Position numbers and translations under genes: made by a program. Shown here piece after piece: positions 9,290 to 19,348 of a stretch of 64,000 nt of DNA (position 1 is its first letter; the number at the start of each line of letters is the position of its first letter). The stretch spans positions 1-64,000 of the IMG/VR virus record IMGVR_UViG_3300028837_003734; one strand, given 5' to 3'. The notes beneath the pieces were generated by a model. The model made no database searches. It was not told the origin of the DNA and worked only from the letters and a program-made list of their open reading frames with translations. This DNA is from a virus.

Positions 9290-11878
9290 ATGATACCAGT
9301 AAAATTAACTCTGAAAAATTTTTTAAGTTACGGTGAAGATGTGCCCCCTCTTGATTTTACCCAGTTCCATGTAGCCTGTCTAGCCGGAAATAACGGACAG
9401 GGCAAATCCGCCCTACTGGACGCCTTAACCTGGACGGTATGGGGAGAAGGAAGAAAGGCCAGCCAGGAGAAGAAGGCCGATAACAGTCTTATTCGGATGG
9501 GCCAGAGGGACATGCAAACAGAATTTGTATTTGATTTAGAGGGTGATAGATATCGTGTTATTAGAGGTTTTTTCCTAGCCCCGAAGAGCTCTCGCTCTAG
9601 CTTGGAATTTCAAGTTTATGACCAAGAAGATAATAAATACGTCTCTCTTACTTGCCCCACCGTTCGCAAAACTCAGGAGAGGATTATTAAAACTTTAGGG
9701 ATAGACTATCAGACCTTCATTAATTCCGCCTTTATTCTCCAAGGACGGATAGACGAGTTTAGCCGAAAAGGTGCTCGGGAAAGGAAAGAAGTTTTATCCG
9801 AGATTTTAGGGCTTTCTCGCTATGATGAACTGGTCGATCTGGCTAAATCCCACCTTAAAGAAGTAAACAATATTATTATGACCAAAGATAGCAGGTTAGA
9901 ATATATCGCTCAGGAATTGGCCCAGGTCGATTTTTATAAAGAGAGGATAAAGGAATTATCCGAGGATCATTCCCGGGTCTCACAAAAAATAGAAGAAAAA
10001 GAAGAACAGATAAATAAATTAAAAGATAGAGTAAACTTCTTAAAACATAAAGGTGAACAATTTGATGAATCGATAAGAAGGATAGAACGGCTAGGACAGG
10101 AGATTACGCGAGGGCAGAAGGAGATTGAATCAAAGAAGGAAGAGATAATATCTTGTGAAGGGATAATCTCCCAGAAAGAGACTATCCTGCTTGGATTTAA
10201 GGATTACCAGAGATTCAATAGCGAAAATAATGAGCTTGTTTTAAAGCTACAGAAGATCAGAAAAGTGGAAGAGGAGAAGATTCTTATCGAGAGAAAGATA
10301 GAAGGTGAGAGGGCTGATCTGGTAATAGAGATTAGGAATAAAGAAGATAGGCATAAAGATTTACAGATTAAGGCTTTCCAGATAGAGGAATGGAAAACCG
10401 AGCTTTCAAAATTAGAAAAAAAGATTAAAGATATAAAATCTCTCGAAAAGGAGAGCGAAGAGATTCAGGAGAAAGGTAATAAACTTAAGGTGAGGTTAAG
10501 TAGTCTTAAAAATCAGATAGCAGGACTAGAAAAGGACATTGGGGATAATGAAGAAAAAATACGTCTATTAAGAGAGAATCCGGAAGGAGAATGTCCTTTG
10601 TGTGAGGCTAAGTTAAATGCCGATAGAAAGAAGAAGATTGAAGCCAATCTAGACGGAGAAATAAAGTTAAACCTTACTGGGATAGAGAAATTAAAGAGAG
10701 AGGAAGAAGAATCAGATATTCAAAGAGAAAAATTGGTAAATAGATGGAAAGAGATTAGAGAGGGCATAAAAGATAAAGATGCTTGGCAACAGCAATTAAG
10801 CAAGGCGCAGTTTGGACTTAAGGAATCTGAGCAAGCAACAAAGGTGATAATCGGTTTGCAGGAGGAGATTAAAAAAATTGAAAAAATAATAGCAGAGAAG
10901 AATTATGCCCTGGAGGAACAGAAAGAATTAAAAGGGCTTGAGGAACAGATTAAAAATATCGGTTATGATGAAGAAAGGTATCGTCAGCTTAATCGTAAGA
11001 TTGAAGAGCTGCATAATGCTCCGGTGGAGAGAGCGAGACTAGAAGAGGCGGAAAAGAAGATTGATTCTTTAAGGACAGCACTTGCTGAATGGCTGGAAAA
11101 TTACCAACAGAAAGACTTGGATTTTAAAGATCTGGAAAAAAAGATAGAGGAAATAAAAATAGAATTAAAGGAATTACCTTCACTGAAAGAAAGGCTAGCC
11201 CAAGAAGAACAATTATTGAAATCTGACCTCATCTCCAGGGAAGGGATCCTAGAAGAAAGAGGCGGGTATCAGGGCAAATTTGAGCAGTGCCTAAAATTAG
11301 AAAAAGAGAAGAAAGATATAGAAGAAGAATTAGAAAAAAGTCGGCAGGAGAAAAACATCTATGAAAAATTGGTGGTGGCCTTCGGGAAGAATGGAATTCA
11401 GGCCCTGATCATCGAAAATGCTTTACCTGAAATTGAAGAAGAAGCTAATAACCTCTTGGCTAAATTAACCAATAATGGAACTCAGATAACCATTGAATCT
11501 CTTCGAGACCTAAAGAGCGGGAGGATAAAAGAGACTTTAGATATAAAGATAAGTGATGAGATGGGCGTCCGGGACTATGAGATGTATAGTGGGGGAGAGG
11601 CTTTTCGGATAGATTTTTCTATAAGGATTGCTCTATCTAAATTACTGGCTAGAAGGGCTGGGACTAGACTGAGGAGCTTGGTCATAGATGAGGGGTTTGG
11701 AACTCAGGATGAAGAGGGCCTGGATAATATAGTACAGGCTATCCAGTCCATAAGTGATGATTTCGATAAGATATTAGTCATTACCCACCTGGAATCAATA
11801 AAAGAGGCCTTCCCGGTAAGGATTGAAGTAACTAAACTTCCAGAAATAGGGTCCCGCTACAAAATCACTAAGGATTAG
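9290..11878 (+). CDS. sbcC: SbcC/Rad50 ATPase
   Basis: Walker A GNNGQGKS, CPLC zinc hook, YSGGE signature, IDEGFG Walker B, long coiled coil. Confidence 0.93.
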   Translation: MIPVKLTLKNFLSYGEDVPPLDFTQFHVACLAGNNGQGKSALLDALTWTVWGEGRKASQEKKADNSLIRMGQRDMQTEFVFDLEGDRYRVIRGFFLAPKSSRSSLEFQVYDQEDNKYVSLTCPTVRKTQERIIKTLGIDYQTFINSAFILQGRIDEFSRKGARERKEVLSEILGLSRYDELVDLAKSHLKEVNNIIMTKDSRLEYIAQELAQVDFYKERIKELSEDHSRVSQKIEEKEEQINKLKDRVNFLKHKGEQFDESIRRIERLGQEITRGQKEIESKKEEIISCEGIISQKETILLGFKDYQRFNSENNELVLKLQKIRKVEEEKILIERKIEGERADLVIEIRNKEDRHKDLQIKAFQIEEWKTELSKLEKKIKDIKSLEKESEEIQEKGNKLKVRLSSLKNQIAGLEKDIGDNEEKIRLLRENPEGECPLCEAKLNADRKKKIEANLDGEIKLNLTGIEKLKREEEESDIQREKLVNRWKEIREGIKDKDAWQQQLSKAQFGLKESEQATKVIIGLQEEIKKIEKIIAEKNYALEEQKELKGLEEQIKNIGYDEERYRQLNRKIEELHNAPVERARLEEAEKKIDSLRTALAEWLENYQQKDLDFKDLEKKIEEIKIELKELPSLKERLAQEEQLLKSDLISREGILEERGGYQGKFEQCLKLEKEKKDIEEELEKSRQEKNIYEKLVVAFGKNGIQALIIENALPEIEEEANNLLAKLTNNGTQITIESLRDLKSGRIKETLDIKISDEMGVRDYEMYSGGEAFRIDFSIRIALSKLLARRAGTRLRSLVIDEGFGTQDEEGLDNIVQAIQSISDDFDKILVITHLESIKEAFPVRIEVTKLPEIGSRYKITKD

Positions 11879-12003
11879 AATAATTATTAAAAATTACTAA
11901 GGAGAAAAAAATAAAAGGGCTGATGAAATATGATTAAAACAATCCAGATATTTAAGGTAATGTCTGATTTTATAATAAGGATCCTCGATAATTTTGGACG
12001 GGG

Positions 12004-12711
12004 ATGCAAACTGCGGTGGTAGCAATGAATAGATTGATTTATATAGTGCTTATAGGCATGCTACTATCAATAACCTATGCTATTTATACCCTGCCAATCC
12101 CGATAGAAGCCGAAGAGTCAAAATACTTTATTATGACTTCGACGGCTTATAGTAATCACCAAAATTGTATTGCTGATAAATGGCGGGATGGCAAAACTGC
12201 AACTGGGACCCCTATAAGGGAAGGTATTGTAGCTATTAATGTGGATCTGATTGATGGTAAATGGGTAGTTAAAAGTCCTCTCAAACTTGGTCAAAAGATA
12301 TATATTGAAGGAATGGGATATTTTAGTGTAGAAGACACGGGGCCATTTACTGAGAAAGATTTTCATTTCGATATCTGGAATCTTGATGTCTATAAAGAAA
12401 ATTATGAACAGGCCAAAGAATGGGGAATTAAAAGAATCAAAGTTTATGTATTAGGGGGGATTAAAAGAATGAGAAGAGATGAAACAGTACGGGAAAGATA
12501 TAAAAGATGGTGGGAAGGGAAATATTGTAAGTTGGCAAAACAAGACAGGAAATTCAAATACGTACAAACGGCAGAGTTCATTGGTCCTCCAAGCGGTGTT
12601 TATGGCACTGTAATTCTTCATTATTTAGATGGTACTTTTGAACACGTTATTCCATTTAACCCGAATGCATTCAAGCCAAGAAAAATGGATGTTGAGGTGG
12701 AGGATGAATAA
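12004..12711 (+). CDS. 3D-domain (lytic transglycosylase-like) protein fused in frame to a paralog of 6138-6383
   Basis: TM/signal segment; STAY..TATG..IA..EDTG..LDVY 3D motifs; second ATG with RBS at about 12469. Confidence 0.7.
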   Translation: MQTAVVAMNRLIYIVLIGMLLSITYAIYTLPIPIEAEESKYFIMTSTAYSNHQNCIADKWRDGKTATGTPIREGIVAINVDLIDGKWVVKSPLKLGQKIYIEGMGYFSVEDTGPFTEKDFHFDIWNLDVYKENYEQAKEWGIKRIKVYVLGGIKRMRRDETVRERYKRWWEGKYCKLAKQDRKFKYVQTAEFIGPPSGVYGTVILHYLDGTFEHVIPFNPNAFKPRKMDVEVEDE

Positions 12712-12969
12712 ATGGAAATAATAGGCAAAGAATATAAAAAAAAACTGGTAAGTTCTAAGGTTGAGGTTACGCATTTTGTTAAAGTAAAATGTTCAATGAA
12801 AACCGAATTAACAAGGTTTATTTGGGGCAAAAAAAAATGTTTTATATGTGGTGGCAAATTCAAAGATGGAGATAAACCGATAGCCTGCATTACTAAAAAG
12901 GGAAAGAATAAAATAATCTGTGAAAAATGTTACCTAGGTTTACCTAAGGAAAAAAGAGGAAATGAATAG
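12712..12969 (+). CDS. Zn-ribbon hypothetical protein
   Basis: CFIC, CEKC. Confidence 0.55.
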   Translation: MEIIGKEYKKKLVSSKVEVTHFVKVKCSMKTELTRFIWGKKKCFICGGKFKDGDKPIACITKKGKNKIICEKCYLGLPKEKRGNE

Positions 12970-12974
12970 TAAAA

Positions 12975-13241
12975 ATGTGTGATTGTATTAATGTAAAAAT
13001 GGATAGTTATGATAATCAAATTACATTAAAAATGCCTAATGGTGAGTTGATGGGGATAGACAAATGTATAGCTGAAGAAATCAAACATTTGTGGTCATTA
13101 AAAATTAGTACAAATGGTTGTTGTTGTGGGCACAATATTAAAAAAGGCTATATAGGGGTTGATGATAAAGATATTGAGTTTATGAAAAAATTAGGATACA
13201 AAACAATTAAGTATTCTAAGAGAGTTTTGAATTTAGACTAA
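12975..13241 (+). CDS. Hypothetical phage protein (IDKCI..T.GCCCGH)
   Basis: Cys cluster motif. Confidence 0.65.
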   Translation: MCDCINVKMDSYDNQITLKMPNGELMGIDKCIAEEIKHLWSLKISTNGCCCGHNIKKGYIGVDDKDIEFMKKLGYKTIKYSKRVLNLD

Positions 13242-13320
13242 AAGGAGATAAATTTAGGCCGTATTTGGCATAGTAGAGTCTGGCAGATCAGTAAGCTGGG
13301 CGTCAGAAAGATAAAAATTT

Positions 13321-13412
13321 AATCAAGGCAGATAAAATAATAGATTGTGGGTCCAAAAGCCTGCTAATTTAGCGGGTAGCACCTCCACGGTTTTTATTTG
13401 TTTGCCTTGATT
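13321..13412 (+). ncRNA. Structured element, copy 1
   Basis: Outer stem aatcaaggcaga/tttgccttgatt; core gtgg..cctgcta-loop-tagcggg-tagcacctccac shared with 14194-14281. Confidence 0.55.
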
Positions 13413-13518
13413 TTTTGGACATTTAGATCGTAAAGAGAATTAGATAACTAAGATACATAATATGATTAACTAGGCAGAGTCCCGGCGGGAGACCTGAATT
13501 AAAAAAAGAGGTAAATTT

Positions 13519-13869
13519 ATGGATGCAATAGATATATTAACCAATTTTATGAACGCCTGGAAAGCTAACAACTGGTCAGAGATGCTTAAATATACCCAGA
13601 AGACCTGGAGAAGTAAAGAAAATAACAATAGTGAACTGCTAAAGAACTGGTTTTATTTAAAGGATTTACTTACTTTTAAAATATTAAAAATAAATCAAAT
13701 AAGTGAATCTTGTGTGGATGTACTTCTCAGCATAAGATATGTATTTGGTGATTCAAAACTAAGAGAAACGAAGATTAGGGCCCGGGTAATCTGTGAAATT
13801 GAGCCTTATAAGCCTGGCAAGGACGGGGAATGGGGAGTTAATCCAGTCGGTATATTAAGAGAATTTTAA
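13519..13869 (+). CDS. Hypothetical protein
   Basis: ORF with gagg RBS. Confidence 0.65.
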   Translation: MDAIDILTNFMNAWKANNWSEMLKYTQKTWRSKENNNSELLKNWFYLKDLLTFKILKINQISESCVDVLLSIRYVFGDSKLRETKIRARVICEIEPYKPGKDGEWGVNPVGILREF

Positions 13870-13891
13870 AATTAAATAAGGGGAGAGATTA

Positions 13892-14104
13892 ATGGAATTT
13901 TTTGATAATTTTAGGTCATTTACCGTGACTGAAATAGCGGAGATAACTGGTTTTAAGGTGGATAAAATAACCTTACTATTGAGGAAGGGGACATTGAAAG
14001 GCAGGAAGATAGGCCGGGTCTGGTACAGTAAAGGATGGGAAATTAGAAGGCTGATATCAGAAAATAGGAAGTTAGAAGAGCTAAAAAATAGATTTAGAAA
14101 ATGA
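13892..14104 (+). CDS. Excisionase-like HTH protein
   Basis: TVTEIAEITG....I..LLRKGTLKGRKIGRVW. Confidence 0.7.
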   Translation: MEFFDNFRSFTVTEIAEITGFKVDKITLLLRKGTLKGRKIGRVWYSKGWEIRRLISENRKLEELKNRFRK

Positions 14105-14193
14105 TAAAAATCAGTGAATTAGTGTGGAAAAGTGTTATATCATTGCCCCTGGAAGGTGTTAATTATGAAGCAAGAACCAAAAAATAAAGACTT

Positions 14194-14281
14194 AATTAGG
14201 GCAAACATTCTTATAAAATTGTGGATTCATAAGCCTGCTATTAGCAGGTAGCACCTCCACGGTTGGGTGTTTGCCTTAATT
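14194..14281 (+). ncRNA. Structured element, copy 2, directly upstream of the replication initiator
   Basis: Outer stem aattagggcaaaca/tgtttgccttaatt; same core as copy 1. Confidence 0.55.
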
Positions 14282-14321
14282 TTTTTATATCAGCCATCTA
14301 AAAAAAAGGGGTATTTATCTG

Positions 14322-15191
14322 ATGCAAAAAAAAGGCTGGATTAAGCTTTGGAGGAAGCTACAAAATAGTAATATCTGGAAGAGCAAGCCATTTTCTAAGG
14401 GGCAGGCTTGGGTGGACTTATTACTCAGAGCCAGCCACGATGACTATACTTTCGATTTTAAGGCTGCAAAAATAAAGATAAAATCTGGGCAAATAAAAAA
14501 CATGAAAATAAAGATAAAATCTGGGCAAATCTTTGTTTTTAAGAAGTCTCTGGCTACAGATTGGGGCTGGTCTAGACATAAAGTGAGCAATTTTTTAAAC
14601 GGACTAGCCGGAAACAACGGTAAAATAAAGGAAAATGACGCGTCGCAAATGAAGAAAAAAGGACACCATCGCATCAAAATTGGGACACCTTCAGGGACAC
14701 CTTATGGGGTGCTTGTAACTATTATAAATTGGGGGCCATATCAATTTAAAGAAAAAGAAGAGACGACTTCAGGGACACCTACCCTAAAACGCAAACGAAT
14801 TGAAAAGGACACTAACAAGAATGTTCTTAACAAGAAGATAATACATATATACTCCGGATTGCTAAATTTCTGGAATAGTAGGGATATTGTGATTCATACC
14901 AGTTTATCTCCCAAGACCGAAAAAAATATCCAGGACCGGATAAAAAGGATGTTGAAATATACCACTATTAAAGAAGTTAAGCAACGAATATCTAATTATG
15001 CAATTTTACTAAAGGGAGAAGAATATGACTTATGTACTTATACCTGGACTTTTCAAGAATTTCTCACCCGCTTCGAAAATGGGAGGACCGATAAGTTTGC
15101 AGACCTAGAAAAGGCTAAGCTTAATTTGAGAAAAAATAAGGGTGATGGAATGGAGGAATCTTTAAGAAAGATGGAGGAAGAAGATGGATAA
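14322..15191 (+). CDS. Phage replication initiator (O-like/DnaD-type N-terminus)
   Basis: GWIKLWRK..W..P....AWVDLLLRA, LATDWGWS, VTIINW; upstream of helicase. Confidence 0.75.
   Translation: MQKKGWIKLWRKLQNSNIWKSKPFSKGQAWVDLLLRASHDDYTFDFKAAKIKIKSGQIKNMKIKIKSGQIFVFKKSLATDWGWSRHKVSNFLNGLAGNNGKIKENDASQMKKKGHHRIKIGTPSGTPYGVLVTIINWGPYQFKEKEETTSGTPTLKRKRIEKDTNKNVLNKKIIHIYSGLLNFWNSRDIVIHTSLSPKTEKNIQDRIKRMLKYTTIKEVKQRISNYAILLKGEEYDLCTYTWTFQEFLTRFENGRTDKFADLEKAKLNLRKNKGDGMEESLRKMEEEDG
14658..14813. repeat. Iteron-like GGACAC(C) repeats, putative origin within the initiator gene
   Basis: aaaggacacc, tgggacacct, cagggacacct x2, aaaggacact. Confidence 0.55.
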
Positions 15192-15420
15192 GAAAAATTT
15201 TAACGAGATGATGAAGATATTCGGTAAGGTGTACGAAAAGAATCTGAACCCCGATGTCTTAAAAATATATTTTGAAATATTTAAAGAGATATCTGACGAT
15301 AAAACCGAATTTATTACCAAAGAATGCCTTAAAAAGTGCAGATACTTTCCCAGACCAGCCGATGTTTTTGAGTGTCTTGAAGAGGAAGGTCAAGCTTCTG
15401 ATTTACCCGATCTGGAATAA
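15184..15420 (+). CDS. Helicase loader/inhibitor-like small protein
   Basis: FPRPADV motif; lies between initiator and DnaB. Confidence 0.55.
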   Translation: MDKKNFNEMMKIFGKVYEKNLNPDVLKIYFEIFKEISDDKTEFITKECLKKCRYFPRPADVFECLEEEGQASDLPDLE

Positions 15421-15430
15421 GGAGAAAATT

Positions 15431-16711
15431 ATGTTACCGATAGAATCAGAACGGAATATTTCGGCGGAACAAGCCTCTTTAGGCTCGATGTTACTATCCC
15501 CGAGGGCCGTCTATGCTAGTGTGGAAATTCTGGAGCCTAATGATTACTATAAGACTTCTCATAGTAGAATATACCAGGTAATCCTCGAGCTATTCAATAA
15601 AAATATAGCTGTGGATCTGGTGACTTTATCAGAAGAATTGCAGAACAAAAACAAACTAATAGATATAGGAGGAATAACCTATCTGACCCAGCTGGTTAAT
15701 AGTGTACCTACTCCCGAGAATATAGAATTCTATAACCAGATTATTAAGAAAAAATCTAATCAACGAAAAATATTATTTATTTTAGAGGAACTAAAGTTAG
15801 AGAAGATAGACACCCAGAAGGCACTTGAAAAAATATCCCTGATACCGATAATCGAGATAAAGGAAGAAAACTTAAAAACACTATTGAAGAATACCTTAAA
15901 AATATCGGCAGAAGGAGTAGCCCACCGGTTTAAGATGGGACATCTTAATAGATACCTCGGGGGGATAGACAAAGGAGAAATAATAACTATTGGAGGATTT
16001 ACCAGCCAGGGGAAAACCTCATTTGCTATACAACTGGCTATAGATTTTATAGATGTGGTGGAAGAAAAAAAGATTCTTTATTTATCTTCAGAGATGACTG
16101 CACTAGAAATTTCTCGAAGATTGTTATCCAACTTGATGCCCAAGAATATCATGGATTTTAGGAAGGGAATATTCGATAAAGGAGAGAGAGAGGCCCTGGA
16201 TAGCATCGCTACCATAGTAGGGGATCATTGGAATTTGAATATCAAGAAGGTATTTGATATAGAGGACATAAGAAGATATATTCAAAAATATAATCCTGAA
16301 ATAGTATTCATGGATTACCTCCAGAACCTAGATAGGAAGAAGGCACTAACCGATTATCAGAAAGTGACTGGGAACATAAAAGACTTGCAGGGCATAACCC
16401 TGGGACGAGAAATATCCACTTTTGTGGTGAGTCAACTATCACGAGGCAATAAGAACATAATTAGAAAACCTAGACTCTCTGACCTTAGGGATAGTGGAAG
16501 AATTGAGGAATGCTCTCCCATCGTCCTTTTTGTTTACTGGGAAGAGCGACTCAAAGAAAAGATTGAGATGAGGACAGGTGGCGAATTACCAGAAAAGATG
16601 GAAATTCTGATTGCGAAGAATAGAGATGGGACGATTGGAAAATTTGCCTTAGATTTTTATCCAGAATATTGCCGGATAAAAGAAAGGGAATATACAGCAC
16701 ATGAGTATTAA
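15431..16711 (+). CDS. dnaB: Replicative DNA helicase DnaB-like
   Basis: AEQASLGSML, GQGKT-type Walker A (SQGKT), SSEM, DYLQ, SQLSR, LRDSGRIE, IAKNRDG; aaggag RBS at 15431. Confidence 0.9.
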   Translation: MLPIESERNISAEQASLGSMLLSPRAVYASVEILEPNDYYKTSHSRIYQVILELFNKNIAVDLVTLSEELQNKNKLIDIGGITYLTQLVNSVPTPENIEFYNQIIKKKSNQRKILFILEELKLEKIDTQKALEKISLIPIIEIKEENLKTLLKNTLKISAEGVAHRFKMGHLNRYLGGIDKGEIITIGGFTSQGKTSFAIQLAIDFIDVVEEKKILYLSSEMTALEISRRLLSNLMPKNIMDFRKGIFDKGEREALDSIATIVGDHWNLNIKKVFDIEDIRRYIQKYNPEIVFMDYLQNLDRKKALTDYQKVTGNIKDLQGITLGREISTFVVSQLSRGNKNIIRKPRLSDLRDSGRIEECSPIVLFVYWEERLKEKIEMRTGGELPEKMEILIAKNRDGTIGKFALDFYPEYCRIKEREYTAHEY

Positions 16712-16801
16712 ACCGTTCGCAAATCAAAAGAATAAGATGCATAGAGATAATAAATGGGAGACCTATGAGCAGAACAAGAAAAAATTATCCCATAAATATG
16801 G

Positions 16802-17107
16802 TTGGGATTCGAAACAGAATCCGGGCAGATATGGGCGGGCAGTAAAGTTGTTATGCAAGATAATGAAATTATAAGATCCAATAAAAAGGAACTTTTTAAG
16901 GGAGAGGAGAGGGATGTAGCGATGAGAAAAACATCTGGAGGAGCAAAGAAGCACGGCCGGAATAAGGAAAAATGCCAAAAATATAAGGAAGCGAATCGGA
17001 GGGAAGAGAATAAGATCAGGAAATGGAAGAAGCTAATTAAGAATTTATCCCCAGATAATAGCATGAGAAGACAGTTGGAAAAACGGATTAAAGAGGTGGA
17101 GAGATGA
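16802..17107 (+). CDS. Basic hypothetical protein (likely start ATG 16922)
   Basis: ORF track. Confidence 0.45.
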   Translation: MGFETESGQIWAGSKVVMQDNEIIRSNKKELFKGEERDVAMRKTSGGAKKHGRNKEKCQKYKEANRREENKIRKWKKLIKNLSPDNSMRRQLEKRIKEVER

Positions 17108-17346
17108 GAAAGTTCGAGAATCTATTAATTGTGCTTATAGTCATAATGGTTTTAGTAGGATTATGGGTCTCGTATTTGAGCTTTAAGATAGAAAAGAATG
17201 AACTTCTAATTAAGATTTTAATTAGCCGGGATGGGACCAACGTAGAGCTGATTGGAGCAATACAGGACAGGCTGGAGAGGCTGGAAGAAAGGTACAGTGA
17301 TTTTAAAGAGAACAGAGGATTGCTACTGTTAAGAGGATATCCTTGA
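17104..17346 (+). CDS. Small membrane-anchored coiled-coil protein
   Basis: N-terminal TM segment. Confidence 0.55.
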   Translation: MRKFENLLIVLIVIMVLVGLWVSYLSFKIEKNELLIKILISRDGTNVELIGAIQDRLERLEERYSDFKENRGLLLLRGYP

Positions 17347-17399
17347 CTAATGTATTGAGCAAATAAGAGGCAGAAAACTAAATTAGAAAGGAAGGCAGT

Positions 17400-17633
17400 A
17401 TGCAGAAAGCGATTAGAAAATATCTCAAGAAAGAGGCTGAAAGGATAGATAGTAGCATGGGTAAGGACTATATTAATCAGACCTTCGATATGCTCGATTC
17501 TGAGATCGACAAGGCAAAGAGAAGGGAAATTAAGAGGGCCAGAAGGAAGAAGTTAGGAGAATGGAAGCGAATAGAGAAAATGAACTGCGGGCATGATAAG
17601 AAAAGAAGGTTAAAAGGGAGGTCGAGAAGATGA
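17400..17633 (+). CDS. Hypothetical protein
   Basis: ORF with RBS. Confidence 0.5.
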   Translation: MQKAIRKYLKKEAERIDSSMGKDYINQTFDMLDSEIDKAKRREIKRARRKKLGEWKRIEKMNCGHDKKRRLKGRSRR

Positions 17634-17848
17634 CAAATAAAAGAGAAGAATTTAATCTGATTACAATTTATGGGGATGAAATTAAAATCATAACAGATTT
17701 AGACTGTATTGATGCTGTATATACAGAAATGCTAAGTGATCTAGACGCTAATAATATTTATTATGTCGGGGGGAATGGCGAATCAGCGATATTCAAAGGT
17801 CATGAATTAAGCGTGATAGATTTCAAAAAAGTTATAGGAAGAGATTAA
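17630..17848 (+). CDS. Hypothetical protein
   Basis: ORF with ggagg RBS. Confidence 0.55.
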   Translation: MTNKREEFNLITIYGDEIKIITDLDCIDAVYTEMLSDLDANNIYYVGGNGESAIFKGHELSVIDFKKVIGRD

Positions 17849-17857
17849 AAAGAAGAA

Positions 17858-18073
17858 ATGAAATTTAAAAAAAAGTATTTTTATTGGAGGTTAAATAAAA
17901 TGATAATAATTAGGAATATTATTATTGGTTTACTTCTACTTTTTATGTTATTTGTCTTAATAGACCAATTTAAAAGAAGTAGAATGCTGAATGAAAGACG
18001 AAAAAAAAGAATAATTGATAGTAAGCAAAAATTAAAACCAGAGATGCGAGATCCAATATTAAAAAGAGGTTAG
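17858..18073 (+). CDS. Small membrane protein
   Basis: Hydrophobic segment. Confidence 0.5.
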   Translation: MKFKKKYFYWRLNKMIIIRNIIIGLLLLFMLFVLIDQFKRSRMLNERRKKRIIDSKQKLKPEMRDPILKRG

Positions 18074-18087
18074 AATGCAGGCTAAGA

Positions 18088-18420
18088 ATGAAAATTAGAA
18101 ACCGGCTTTTAGATAAAAGAGAATATAAAGGGCGATTGACTGGGGCAGCAGATAAAATGTGCCCTTGCCGGGTCTGTTGGAATCCCCACGATTGCGGGTA
18201 CCGAGCAGGCAATGGTAAATGGATAACGGTAATGCGTTGTGTGACAAATTATAAAAGTGGCTGCCCATTCGATATCAATAAAGAACTACCAAGACCGATT
18301 CATGTTATCCGCGCAAAAGCTGGAAGGAAGGGGCAGACAAGAATATGTTTAAGGTGTGGCCAGAGAATAGTTATTGGAGAGGCCGATTTTATTACATTTG
18401 AAGCATATAAAAAATTATGA
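18088..18420 (+). CDS. Cys-rich hypothetical protein
   Basis: CPCRVC..HDC, CLRC. Confidence 0.6.
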   Translation: MKIRNRLLDKREYKGRLTGAADKMCPCRVCWNPHDCGYRAGNGKWITVMRCVTNYKSGCPFDINKELPRPIHVIRAKAGRKGQTRICLRCGQRIVIGEADFITFEAYKKL

Positions 18421-18429
18421 GGAGGCAAG

Positions 18430-18612
18430 ATGATGTTTCCTACCATAAAGACTTATTATGAGCAGATAAAAAGAAACAGTGAATTCAATGATTTTTCGAA
18501 GAGACTTAAAAAAAATATTGAGAAATTAGTGGTGAAGGATAAGAAATATTCCTGGGAAGATGAAGCTGACGTAAATTTTAGAAAGGCTGCGGTGGAAGAA
18601 AATGAAAAATAA
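18430..18612 (+). CDS. Hypothetical protein
   Basis: ggagg RBS. Confidence 0.5.
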   Translation: MMFPTIKTYYEQIKRNSEFNDFSKRLKKNIEKLVVKDKKYSWEDEADVNFRKAAVEENEK

Positions 18613-19330
18613 AATCGGGTGGTGTTCGATGACGTGGAATCCGTGCTGGGGCTGCAGGAACAACTGTAGCTATTGTTACGCCAGGGCAATAGCAAAGAGG
18701 TTTTGGAAACAGAGATATAGTGATGAGTTTAATTTTTATTATATGGCACATCCTAATTGGGTTTGGACAGGAGGTTACTTATCGGGTTTAAAGAATTTTA
18801 AACCTACATTTTTATATTCTCAATATGCTAAAAAATTTCCCCAAAAGACCCAAAAGATATTCGTGGGATCAATGAGCGAAATAGCTCATTGGAAAGATGA
18901 GTGGTTAGAAAAAGTGTTGGAAAAAGTAAAACAATATCCCCAACATATCTTCCAATTTCTGACAAGATATCCGGAGGTTTATGATAGATATATTTTCCCG
19001 AGAAACTGCTGGCTGGGAGTAACCATAACAAGAGAAAAAGATTTTGAGAGAGGGATCCCTTATCTATTTATTACGAGCTGCAATATAACCTTTGTGTCAA
19101 TCGAACCTATACTCGAATATATTAACCCCGGACCTTTTTTAAATGCAAATATTGATTGGGTGATCCTGGGAGCAGAGACCGGGAAGAGGAAGGGGAAGGT
19201 CATACCAAAAAGAGATTGGGTAGAGAATATAGTAAATTATTGTAAATGGAATAATATCTCGGTCTACTTGAAAGATAGTCTGAAAGAAATCTATCCGGAA
19301 AAGATAAAAATGTTTCCTAAAATTAATTAA
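18602..19330 (+). CDS. Phage Gp37/Gp68 (DUF5131) radical-SAM-like protein
   Basis: TWNPCWGC...CSYCYA, IFVGSMS, FLTR, SIEPIL, DWVILGAETG. Confidence 0.85.
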   Translation: MKNKIGWCSMTWNPCWGCRNNCSYCYARAIAKRFWKQRYSDEFNFYYMAHPNWVWTGGYLSGLKNFKPTFLYSQYAKKFPQKTQKIFVGSMSEIAHWKDEWLEKVLEKVKQYPQHIFQFLTRYPEVYDRYIFPRNCWLGVTITREKDFERGIPYLFITSCNITFVSIEPILEYINPGPFLNANIDWVILGAETGKRKGKVIPKRDWVENIVNYCKWNNISVYLKDSLKEIYPEKIKMFPKIN

Positions 19331-19348
19331 GAAAGGAGGAAAGAAGAG

